64,000 nt of DNA. It comes from Endomicrobiales bacterium. GTDB lineage: Bacteria; Elusimicrobiota; Endomicrobiia; Endomicrobiales; CAWCFT01. The stretch is from contig CAWCFT010000001.1 in NCBI GenBank assembly GCA_963794945.1, positions 288,001 to 352,000 of the forward strand, in the 5' to 3' direction. Under the pieces are notes generated by a model. The model saw only the letters and a program-made list of their open reading frames with translations. It was not told the DNA's origin and made no database searches. The first letter of the stretch is position 1; each line of letters starts with the position of its first letter. Positions 55,199 through 64,000 of this stretch are shown piece after piece. The position numbers were made by a program, and so were the translations under genes.

Positions 55199-55582
55199 TT
55201 GGCCATGGCTGAGAACAAGCATATACTGTTAGTCGACGACGAAGAAGAGATAGTCGTCTTTATGGCTAACTTTTTAAAGCGTTTCAAGATCGCGAGCACC
55301 AAGGCTACTTCAGGCGAAGAAGCAATTAGAGTTTACGATCCAAAGAGTATGGGGTTTGTTTTTCTTGACCTTCACCTTAAAACAATGGATGGTTTTTCTG
55401 TGCTGAACATATTAAAAGAAAAGAATCCGGATGTTAAAGTTATAATTATAGCGGGCAGTCCCGACAAGGTGTCGATAGAAAAAGCATACGGCCTTGGCGC
55501 GGTAGATTACATTACAAAACCGCTAGACTTAAGCGAGTTTAAAAAGAAAATAGATAAATACATCCTCAAAGAGGGTGAATGA
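55199..55582 (+). CDS. Single-domain response regulator
   Basis: ILLVDDE, FLDLHL (phospho-acceptor Asp), GAVDYITKP. Confidence 0.93.
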   Translation: MAMAENKHILLVDDEEEIVVFMANFLKRFKIASTKATSGEEAIRVYDPKSMGFVFLDLHLKTMDGFSVLNILKEKNPDVKVIIIAGSPDKVSIEKAYGLGAVDYITKPLDLSEFKKKIDKYILKEGE

Positions 55583-55689
55583 TTACGGAGATTAAACATA
55601 AACAAATTGATTACAACGATTTTAATCATAATTAAGGTATAATCCAGATCATTGTAATAGTGCAGTAGTAACAAATAATCGTTTTAATC
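55581..55689. repeat. Left GATTAC-type repeat arm of the GxxExxY cassette
   Basis: GATTACGGAGATT (55581), GATTACAACGATT (55609), AATCGTTTTAATC (55677). Confidence 0.7.
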
Positions 55690-55711
55690 TCGTATCTACA
55701 GGATATAAACG

Positions 55712-56110
55712 ATGTTAAAAGAAAAAGATAGCTTGACCGAACAAATTATAGGGAGTTGTTTTAAGGTACACAAAAAACTGGGGCCCGGCTATAATGAAAA
55801 GATATACCAAAATGCATTGAAATTGCAATTAGAGTGTGATGGTTTGATCTGTGAGTGCGAAAAAGAATATAAAGTTAATTATCTTGATAAATTTGTAGGT
55901 ACTTTGAGAATTGATCTCATTATTGAGAAGAGAGTGATTGTAGAAATCAAGGCAATCTCGACTTTTGTTCCTAAAGTATTTGAGAATCAGGTGATTTCTT
56001 ATTTGAAATCGTCGCAACTTGATGTTGGATTGTTGGTAAATTTTGGAAATAACAGTTGTCAAATCAGACGTCTAATGAAATCGCATAATTCGCATTGTAA
56101 ATCGTTGTAA
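55712..56110 (+). CDS. GxxExxY protein (PD-(D/E)XK nuclease-like)
   Basis: LGPGYNEKIY, RIDLIIE..VIVEIKA, QVISYLK, GLLVNFG. Confidence 0.93.
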   Translation: MLKEKDSLTEQIIGSCFKVHKKLGPGYNEKIYQNALKLQLECDGLICECEKEYKVNYLDKFVGTLRIDLIIEKRVIVEIKAISTFVPKVFENQVISYLKSSQLDVGLLVNFGNNSCQIRRLMKSHNSHCKSL

Positions 56111-56135
56111 TCGTTGTTAGTAATCGCTGTAATCA
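56100..56135. repeat. Right GATTAC-type repeat arm of the GxxExxY cassette
   Basis: AATCGTTGTAATC (56100-56112, exact reverse complement of 55609-55621) and AATCGCTGTAATC (56122-56134). Confidence 0.75.
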
Positions 56136-56156
56136 ATTTATCCATAGGATAATTAA

Positions 56157-57437
56157 ATGAAAAAATACTACCATAAAGACCTTGAAAAAGCAGCACGGCA
56201 GATGATACTTGTTCGCAAGGTAGATACCCTTGCTAAACTTATCGTGCGCACTATAATCAGGAATATACATGTAAGGCACGCGGGGATCTTTCTTTTTGAC
56301 AAAACAAAAAATGAATACATAGTCAAAGTGTCGAAAGGAAAATTAGGCATAAAGATCCCAGTAGGTTTTACTAAAGTAAAGAGCGATAATGCAATAATCA
56401 GGTTCTTTACGGATAAGACCGTAGGAAAATACTTCAAACAAGACTTCCTTCTGTACAATAAAATTAATTACCGCTTCAAATGTAAAACACATTCGGAAGA
56501 TAAAAATCTTCAAGATTTCCTTAAGAAATTGAAAAGCGAGTTCTCTTTATACCAGGCTAAAGCTTTTATCCCGGGATTTTATACGAACAATCTGGTTGGC
56601 GTGTTATTCCTTGGCGCAAAGGATGATAACAGCAGTTTTAAGGCTGATGAACTTGGATTTTTGTTTGTTCTTGCTTCGGATGTGGTAATGGCTATTCAGA
56701 ACGCCTGGCTTTTCGAAGACCTCAACAGCCAGCTCGATATCAACAAGAAATTATTTTTAAGCACTGTTACGGCACTGGCAACAGCTATAGAAGCAAAGGA
56801 TAAGTATACGCTAGGGCACACCGAGCGGGTAGTAAAATATTCAACTGCCATAGCCAGGAACTTGCCAGGGATAACCATACCCAACAACAAGGATTTTGAG
56901 GAAAATCTTAAGATCGCGGCTTTATTGCATGACATAGGAAAGATAGGTATATCAGAAAACTTGCTCAACAAGAGCGATGCCTTGTCACCGAAAGAAATAA
57001 AGGCCATTAATGAGCATCCTTTGATGGGTGTGGAGATACTTAACCCTATCAGCGAGTTCAAGGATGTTCTGCTGGGTGTAAAATATCATCACGAGAGATA
57101 TGACGGCAAAGGCTATCCTTTCGGGCTTAAAGGCGATCAGATACCTTTAGCCGCGGCAATTATTGCCGTAGCCGACGCTTACGACGCCATGACAAGCGAC
57201 AGGCCGTACAGAAAAGCATTAAGTGACGCTGAAGCGTGCAATCAGATACTGCTCAACCGCGAGAAGCAGTTTAACCCCGTTGTAGTTGATGCGTTCTTAA
57301 AGGTTTATAAGAATAAGGATGTAATTGAGGATAGTATCGGCAGTGCCGAAACAGTATCTGCGAAGACTAAAGAAAAAAATGCCTCCAATAGTTCCGAACT
57401 GAACCCGGTACAGGACCTCTCCGTTAGAGCCAATTAA
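56157..57437 (+). CDS. GAF plus HD-GYP cyclic dinucleotide phosphodiesterase
   Basis: AIEAKDKYTLGHTERV, LLHDIGKI, HHERYDGKGYP, ADAYDAMTSDRPYR. Confidence 0.95.
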   Translation: MKKYYHKDLEKAARQMILVRKVDTLAKLIVRTIIRNIHVRHAGIFLFDKTKNEYIVKVSKGKLGIKIPVGFTKVKSDNAIIRFFTDKTVGKYFKQDFLLYNKINYRFKCKTHSEDKNLQDFLKKLKSEFSLYQAKAFIPGFYTNNLVGVLFLGAKDDNSSFKADELGFLFVLASDVVMAIQNAWLFEDLNSQLDINKKLFLSTVTALATAIEAKDKYTLGHTERVVKYSTAIARNLPGITIPNNKDFEENLKIAALLHDIGKIGISENLLNKSDALSPKEIKAINEHPLMGVEILNPISEFKDVLLGVKYHHERYDGKGYPFGLKGDQIPLAAAIIAVADAYDAMTSDRPYRKALSDAEACNQILLNREKQFNPVVVDAFLKVYKNKDVIEDSIGSAETVSAKTKEKNASNSSELNPVQDLSVRAN

Positions 57438-58171
57438 TGTTAAAGTTATTACTGACTCTCGCCACATTGCTGCTAAATTCCAGCGCGGTACATGCCATGT
57501 ACGGAAAGCTTGTCATGTGCAACGGCCACTCTTTTACTGGGGATGTCAGGAAATTAGAGAACGGGAATTACTGGGTATCCACTAAAATAGGTTCCATTGA
57601 GATCGAGAAAAACGAAGTAAAATATGTTAAAATATACTCAACAAAAGACCCTGTTTCTGAAAGTTTTATAGGCGCGATGAAGATCACGCCGGGCCAAACC
57701 GGTTCGCAAAATAGCGTCCGTCAAACGGGAAGTTACGACAATCTCATTTCAAGGGAATCTTCTAAAAATAATATAGACCCTGCGCTTGTGAAGGCCGTGA
57801 TAAAAGCGGAATCTAATTACAACAAGAACGACGTGTCTTCAAAAGGCGCCTGCGGTCTTATGCAGCTTATGCCGGGCACGGCAAAGCTGCTTGGAGTAAA
57901 AAAGATCTTTTCTCCGGAAGAGAACATACGAGCCGGGACCAGGTTCCTTAAATATATGTTAGATGCTTTCGATGGCGATATAGAGATGGGCCTCGCTGCC
58001 TATAACGCGGGCCCATCGAAGGTTAAGAAATACGGTAAAGTCCCTCCGTATAAAGAAACAAAGAACTATATTGTAAATGTCATCAGATATTACCGCGCAT
58101 ACGGGAGCTCAGGTTCAATAACAAGCTACACGGATGAGAAAGGATGCCTGAACCTTTATAATGCAAAATAA
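57437..58171 (+). CDS. Lytic transglycosylase (SLT domain), exported
   Basis: AVIKAESNY, GACGLMQLMP, AAYNAGP, ETKNYI. Confidence 0.93.
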   Translation: MLKLLLTLATLLLNSSAVHAMYGKLVMCNGHSFTGDVRKLENGNYWVSTKIGSIEIEKNEVKYVKIYSTKDPVSESFIGAMKITPGQTGSQNSVRQTGSYDNLISRESSKNNIDPALVKAVIKAESNYNKNDVSSKGACGLMQLMPGTAKLLGVKKIFSPEENIRAGTRFLKYMLDAFDGDIEMGLAAYNAGPSKVKKYGKVPPYKETKNYIVNVIRYYRAYGSSGSITSYTDEKGCLNLYNAK

Positions 58172-58467
58172 CACGATTTCTAAAAAATTAATGTCAAAAA
58201 TAAACAAATACCCTGTGTTCTACCGAAAGGTATGGCTTGCCTGTTTGTTGATACCCAGTGGCAAGACCAGAAGCTATGGAGAAATAGCAAAAATAATAGG
58301 CCACCCCGGAGTGGCGCGGCGCTGTGGGTCAGGCTCTCGCTAAGAATCCATTCGCTCCAATAGTCCCTTGTCACAGGGTAGTGCGAGGAGACGGTAAACC
58401 CGGAGGGTATTCAGGCCCGGGCGGCGTGAAAAGAAAACTTGAACTCCTAAATAAGGAAAAACAATGA
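58161..58467 (+). CDS. ogt: Methylated-DNA--protein-cysteine methyltransferase (MGMT family); frameshift near 58318
   Basis: IPSGKTRSYGEIA, then in another frame AVGQALAKNPFAPIVPCHRV...GGYSG. Confidence 0.88.
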
Positions 58468-59156
58468 GTCAGTTGCGATTAATAATCTCTCAACCCTCAA
58501 ACGGCCCGACGAATATGGCCATTGATGAGGCGTTGTTCAACAGCAAGCTGAGAAATCCGGGGCCGGCGACAGTCAGGATATACACATGGGAGCGCGCTTG
58601 TATAACAATTGGATATTTTCAGAAATATAATGAATTTGCGGCATACGGTTTACCGGTGACAAGGCGCATGACAGGCGGCTTATCGGTTGTTCACGGCAAA
58701 GATGTCTCATTTTCCTTTGTTTTAGATGACTCTACATGGGAGCATATTTATGACCAGGAGAAAACATACCATGTCATACACTCGGGTATAAAGGACGCAT
58801 TGGATATCTGCGGCATAAAAACAGAGTTTGTGAAGACTGATGTATCGGCAAGAAACAATCCCAATAAAGGAAATATTTGCGTTCAAACCCTTTATCCTTA
58901 TGACCTTCAGTACAACAATAAGAAGATAGTCGGTTCGTGTCAGAGAAGAAGGGGGAAAACGATGCTGGTCCAGGGTTCGATCCACCTGCCTAAATCCGTA
59001 GATCGTACCAAGTTCTATGAAGCCTGGGAAACTAGCCTAATTGACCAGTTCATTGCAAAACTTAATAAGACTGGACTAACTGAAGAAGAACTGTCATACG
59101 CCGAATCGAATGAAAAAACCAGGTATTCTGACAGGTCATGGAACGAGAAATATTGA
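58464..59156 (+). CDS. Lipoate-protein ligase/octanoyltransferase family protein
   Basis: NMAIDEAL, RRMTGGLSVVH and KIVGSCQRR motifs. Confidence 0.88.
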   Translation: MSQLRLIISQPSNGPTNMAIDEALFNSKLRNPGPATVRIYTWERACITIGYFQKYNEFAAYGLPVTRRMTGGLSVVHGKDVSFSFVLDDSTWEHIYDQEKTYHVIHSGIKDALDICGIKTEFVKTDVSARNNPNKGNICVQTLYPYDLQYNNKKIVGSCQRRRGKTMLVQGSIHLPKSVDRTKFYEAWETSLIDQFIAKLNKTGLTEEELSYAESNEKTRYSDRSWNEKY

Positions 59157-59200
59157 CTAAAGCCCGCAGGAATTAGCTGATAGCCTGGGAGAACCTACTT

Positions 59201-59785
59201 ATGGAAAATAACAACCTTACAAAAGGCGCCAGAGTCGCCGGGACTATTGTTTACGGCGTAGTGCAGGTAATAATACAAACATATGGCCTGGAAGGCTATA
59301 TTAATGTGCTCAAGAGAATGACGCCTGAACACAAGAGCTTGCTGGAGTCAACCCACAGCGCGAGCCGCAGTTTTACGAGCGAATTTACGCGTGACTATTT
59401 GGATGCAATAACAAGGGCTCTGCCGTCAAAAAGTTCACAGTCTGTTATCACCGAAATTGTGCGCGAGCTGGCGCACAACCATCTTAGCACAGTGATGACA
59501 ATATTTTTGAAATTAGGAACGCCTCATTTCATACTTCAGCGTTTTCCGAACATCTGGAGATTGTTTTTCACTCACGGAACTATGGTCGTCGAAAATGAAT
59601 TTGAGAAGTCCGCTGACGTTATGCTTTTGGACAATATTGACTATGGAGAAGGCGTTTGCATGGGATCCTTAGGCTGGATGCAGGGGGCTATGGAAAAATC
59701 CGGCGCAAAAGATGTAATTGTCATACATCCGAAATGTATATTCCGCGGGGACACTAAGTGTATATTCAAGTTTGCATGGAGTTAG
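59201..59785 (+). CDS. Standalone V4R/H-NOX-like ligand-binding protein
   Basis: C-terminal C...GWMQG...CIFRGDTKCIFKFAW V4R-like pattern. Confidence 0.6.
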   Translation: MENNNLTKGARVAGTIVYGVVQVIIQTYGLEGYINVLKRMTPEHKSLLESTHSASRSFTSEFTRDYLDAITRALPSKSSQSVITEIVRELAHNHLSTVMTIFLKLGTPHFILQRFPNIWRLFFTHGTMVVENEFEKSADVMLLDNIDYGEGVCMGSLGWMQGAMEKSGAKDVIVIHPKCIFRGDTKCIFKFAWS

Positions 59786-59807
59786 GACAGGTTATTTCAA
59801 ACACGAT

Positions 59808-60302
59808 ATGGCTATTATCAAAAGTTTTCGACCGCTGATCGGAAACGATGCAGAAATTCTCATCCTCGGCACAATGCCTGGAAATACATCTCTTCAACAA
59901 CATGAATATTATGCCTACAAACATAACCATTTTTGGAAACTGATCTACGCTGTGTTCGATCAACCTCCGCAAGCCGGATACCCAGCCAAAGTCAAATACA
60001 TAAAGGATAATAAGATAGCCTTGTGGGACGTACTTAGCAAATGTAGGCGTGATAATACCAGTGCTGATACAGCTATAAGGCGCGAGATACCGAACAACAT
60101 TACAAAATTACTGGCGGAACATAGTTCTATACGCGATATATTTTTCAACGGCAAACAAGCCGAGAAATATTTCCACAAGTATTTTAAAGGGCCGTTTAAA
60201 CAACGCCTGCACTTGCTGCCATCAACCAGCCCGGCAAATGCACAGTATACTTTTGAACAGAAACTTCGATCCTGGAGAATAATACTAAAGAATATTTATT
60301 GA
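59808..60302 (+). CDS. DNA-deoxyinosine glycosylase (UDG superfamily)
   Basis: ILILGTMPG, YYAYKHNHFW, IALWDV, FFNG, LPSTSPAN. Confidence 0.9.
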   Translation: MAIIKSFRPLIGNDAEILILGTMPGNTSLQQHEYYAYKHNHFWKLIYAVFDQPPQAGYPAKVKYIKDNKIALWDVLSKCRRDNTSADTAIRREIPNNITKLLAEHSSIRDIFFNGKQAEKYFHKYFKGPFKQRLHLLPSTSPANAQYTFEQKLRSWRIILKNIY

Positions 60303-60391
60303 GAGTAATGGAATATTTTATAAATTCAGAACTAGAATTAAATATTTTTATCCTTCCTCACATTATCGTATTTTGCAAAACACCTCAAATT

Positions 60392-60400
60392 TGATATAAT
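60392..60400 (+). promoter_or_regulatory. Extended -10 promoter of secA
   Basis: TGATATAAT with TTGCAA upstream; GGAG RBS before 60427. Confidence 0.55.
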
Positions 60401-60426
60401 CTTTTAATTCATAATCGGAGCAGATA

Positions 60427-63061
60427 ATGATAAAAAAATTTATCAATTCAATTTTTGGTTCTCAGAACGAGAGGACCATGAAACAACTTCAGCCAACGAT
60501 TGACGCTATAAACGCTCTTGAGCCTGAAATGGTTAAACTCACGGACGATGAGCTGAAAGCTAAAACGGTTGAGTTCAGAAAAAGGCTTGCTGAAGGTGAA
60601 AAGCTGGATGATTTAATCGCGGAAGCTTTTGCCTGCGTGAGAGAGGCTTCGAAGAGGACCATCGGCCTAAGGCATTTTGATGTTCAGATGCTGGGCGGAT
60701 GTGTTCTGCACCAGGGAAAGATAGCTGAAATGAAAACGGGTGAAGGTAAAACACTCGTGGCCACGCTGCCCGTATACCTCAACGCCCTGGAAGGCAAAGG
60801 CGTCCATCTTGTCACGGTAAACGACTACCTTGCAAAACGCGATATGACATGGATGGGGCCGGTCTATAATTTCCTCGGGCTTACTGTAGGTTACGTGGCC
60901 CATGACATGCCTAACAGCGAGCGCCAGAAATCATATGCCTGCGATGTCACATACGTCACCAATAACGAGATAGGGTTCGATTACCTGCGCGACAACATGA
61001 TAATCGCCAAAGAAGACCGAGTCCTTGGAGAGCTGAATTTTGCCATAGTTGACGAAGTGGACTCGATACTTATAGACGAAGCCCGCACTCCGCTCATTAT
61101 ATCCGGCCCCGCGGAAGAATCTACCGACAAATATTATATATGCAACCGCATAATTCCGCACATGAAGGGCAGGAAGATCACCGAGGCAGAAGAGATAAAT
61201 GCCAAATACACCGGAGAGGACCTTACAAAAGGGTTCGATTACATTGTTGACGAAAAAAACCATACTGTTGTTCTTTCCGAACCGGGCGTAACCAAGGCGG
61301 AACAATTGCTCGGCGTAAAGAATATCTACGATGACATGCAGGCTGAGTGGGTGCACCACCTCACGCAGGCTCTGCGCGCCCATAACCTCTATTCAAGAGA
61401 TGTTGATTATGTTGTAAAGGAAGGCCAGGTAATAATAGTTGACGAGTTCACGGGCCGGCTCATGCCGGGCCGCAGGTGGTCAGAAGGGCTTCACCAGGCG
61501 ATAGAAGCGAAAGAAGGCTTAAGGATAGCAGAAGAGAACCAGAACGCTTGCAACTATAACGTTCCAGAACTTTTTCAGGATGTACAAAAAACTCGGCGGT
61601 ATGACAGGCACGGCGCTGACCGAAGCCGCGGAGTTTTGGGAGATATACAAGCTCGACACTGTCGAGATACCCACTAACCGCTCGATGGTCAGGATCGACA
61701 GCCCCGACATGATCTACAGGACCGAACGCGAAAAGAATGATGCTATTGTTAAAGAGATAGAAGAGCTGTGGAAGAAAGGCCAGCCGGTGCTTGTTGGAAC
61801 AAAATCAATAGAGAAATCCGAGAAAATATCGGCGCATCTTAGAAGGAAAGGCGTTCCGCACCAGGTATTGAACGCGAAATACCATGAAATGGAAGCGCAG
61901 ATAATAGCTCAAGCGGGAAAGAAGGGTTCGGTAACGATAGCCACGAACATGGCCGGCCGCGGAACGGACATCGTGCTAGGCGGTAACCCGGCTACTCCTG
62001 AAGAAGCAGCTTTCGTAAAAAGCATAGGCGGCCTTCACATACTCGGCACCGAAAGGAACGAGGCTCGCCGCATAGATAACCAGATCCGCGGCCGTTCAGG
62101 CAGGCAAGGCGACCCCGGTTCGTCCCGTTTTTATCTTTCACTGGAAGACGAGCTGATGAGGCTTTTCGGTTCGGAGCGTATTTCAGTGCTCATGGAAAAA
62201 CTGGGCATGAAAGAAGGTGAGGAAATTCAACACCCCTGGATATCCAAGGCGATAGAGAATGCACAGCGCAAAGTGGAAGGAATGAACTTCGACATAAGAA
62301 AACAGCTCCTTGACTATGATAACGTGATGAACAAACAGCGCGAGGCTGTTTACAGGCTGCGCAACGAGATACTCGAAGGTGAAGATATTTCAGTTACGAT
62401 AAAAGACATGCTCGAAGAATCCATAGAAGAAAAAGTCAACCAATGGGCACCGCCTAAAGCCTACCCGGAACAATGGGATTTTGTTAGCCTAAACGCGTGG
62501 CTTCTCAGGGTATTCAACTTTAAAGTTGAATACACTCAGGAAGAAATGATGAACTTAAGACAGGAAAACCTCCGCGCACAGATAGGCGAAAAAGTTGACG
62601 AGGCGTATAAAAAGAGGGAAAGCGAGATGACGACCCCGCTAATCCGCCACGTCGAACGCATGATACTCCTTCAGATGATAGATACGGCATGGAAAGAACA
62701 CCTTTACGACCTCGACCAGATAAAAAAAGGTATCGGCCTAAGGGCTTATGGACAGAAAGACCCAAAGATAGAGTATCAGAAAGAATCATTCTCGATGTTT
62801 GAGAACATGATGCACCGCATCAGGGAAGCGACTCTTGATTACCTGTTCAAGATACAGATAGCCCCTCCGCCTGTGCGTCGAGAACGCGTTGCGGTTAATG
62901 AGCCAACCAATAAAGAACCGGCATCATTGGCAGCCCCAAAACCTGAAAATCATAAACACAAAGAACTAGACGATATCAAACCGCTGTACAAGCTGGGCCG
63001 AAACGACCCATGTCCGTGCGGCAGCGGTAAAAAATACAAGAAGTGCTGCGGAGCGAAATAA
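60427..63061 (+). CDS. secA: Preprotein translocase subunit SecA; frameshift near 61545
   Basis: [32 protein letters not shown] and the SEC-C motif [18 protein letters not shown]. Confidence 0.97.
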
Positions 63062-64000
63062 ATGGAATCAACCAAGAAAATAGTTTCTTGCCAAAAAGAT
63101 CTTAAGACAGAAATCAATCTTCTTCACGGTATAATTGAGATACTAGGGTCATCAGATGACCTTGACAGCCTGCTGCAGCAGATAGCGAAGATTTTAGCTG
63201 ACAGCCTAAAGGGCGACAGTTGCCTGATATACTTGCTTGAAAACAACAAAAAAACGCTTGTACTGCAGGGTGCCTGGCCTCCTCACCCGTACCAAATCGG
63301 AAAACTGAAGCTTGATCCCGGTGAAGGCATAACCGGCTGGGTGCTTGAACACAAAAAACCCGTTGCTATATCAAAGAATGCGTTTAAAGACCCGCGCTTC
63401 AAATTGTTTTCGAACCTACCTGAAGACAAATACGAGGCTTTCCTTTCGGTGCCTATCATAATGGACAACGAAACGATAGGCGCGATAAACATACAGAACA
63501 GAAAGAAAAGGGTCTTTACTGAAAGCCACATCAAACTTTTTAAGAGCATCGCAAGCCAGATATCAGGGGCAATTGAAAGAACAAAGCTCCTTCAGTTCAT
63601 GGAGAACAAGGAAAAACAGCTAAAAACTCTCGCTAGGCTTTCCAGCAGACATCGTTTCCAGCGCCTATCTCCAAGAGATACTTCAGCTTATTGTCACGAT
63701 GACGGCCCAGATGATGAACTCGAAGATATGCTCGCTGATGCTGCTAGATGATGAAAAACAGGAACTAAAGATAGTCGCGACCCAGAGCCTTTCAGATGAT
63801 TATAAGAAGAAACCGCCATTAAAAGTTGGGGAATCCGTGTCCGGGAGGGCGATAAAATTCAGAAAACCAGTAGCCGTACTAGATGTCACAAGAGAGCAGG
63901 GCTACAGCTATCCTAAAATTGCCAAACAGGAAGCTCTTGTTTCAATGCTTGCCGTGCCTATGCTTGTTAAAGAAAAACCCATAGGTGTTATAAACTGCTA
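63062..64000 (+). CDS. Tandem-GAF sensor protein (partial; frameshift near 63648; runs off window end)
   Basis: GAF 1: GEGITGWV...AFLSVPI...IGAINIQ; a second GAF continues in another frame (LKVGESVSGRA...SMLAVPM...IGVINC). Confidence 0.8.

Overview
Bacterial chromosomal window. The envelope genes (LptE, BamA-like, FadL-like) indicate a diderm organism; the gene content suggests Elusimicrobiota, but the sequence alone cannot prove this. Left part (1-24 kb): mostly minus-strand accessory, envelope and transport genes, a small glycan-modification cluster and an IS4-family element. Middle part (24-43 kb): a housekeeping run (zapB-zapA-6S RNA-rarA-ygfA-rny-ymdB-xseAB-ispA-dxs-tlyA-2x HEAT-leuS-lptE-holA, rpsT, murJ, uvrC). 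43.5-57.4 kb: the most unusual region. A type II FAS/PKS-like set (non-catalytic KS, KR, FadL-like porin, ACP, DH, catalytic KS, FAD oxidoreductase, thioester-reductase-like SDR) runs directly into a multi-TM GAF histidine kinase, a receiver protein and a GAF-HD-GYP, which suggests a lipid-signal synthesis and sensing system. Right end: slt, ogt, lplA-like, V4R-like protein, DNA glycosylase, secA and a GAF sensor. Many operon junctions carry inverted arrays of ~7-nt tandem repeats. A GxxExxY gene is bracketed by GATTAC-type inverted repeats that also occur as an 'empty' copy after uvrC. Many genes, including essential ones, have single-base frameshifts that are most likely sequencing or assembly indels.
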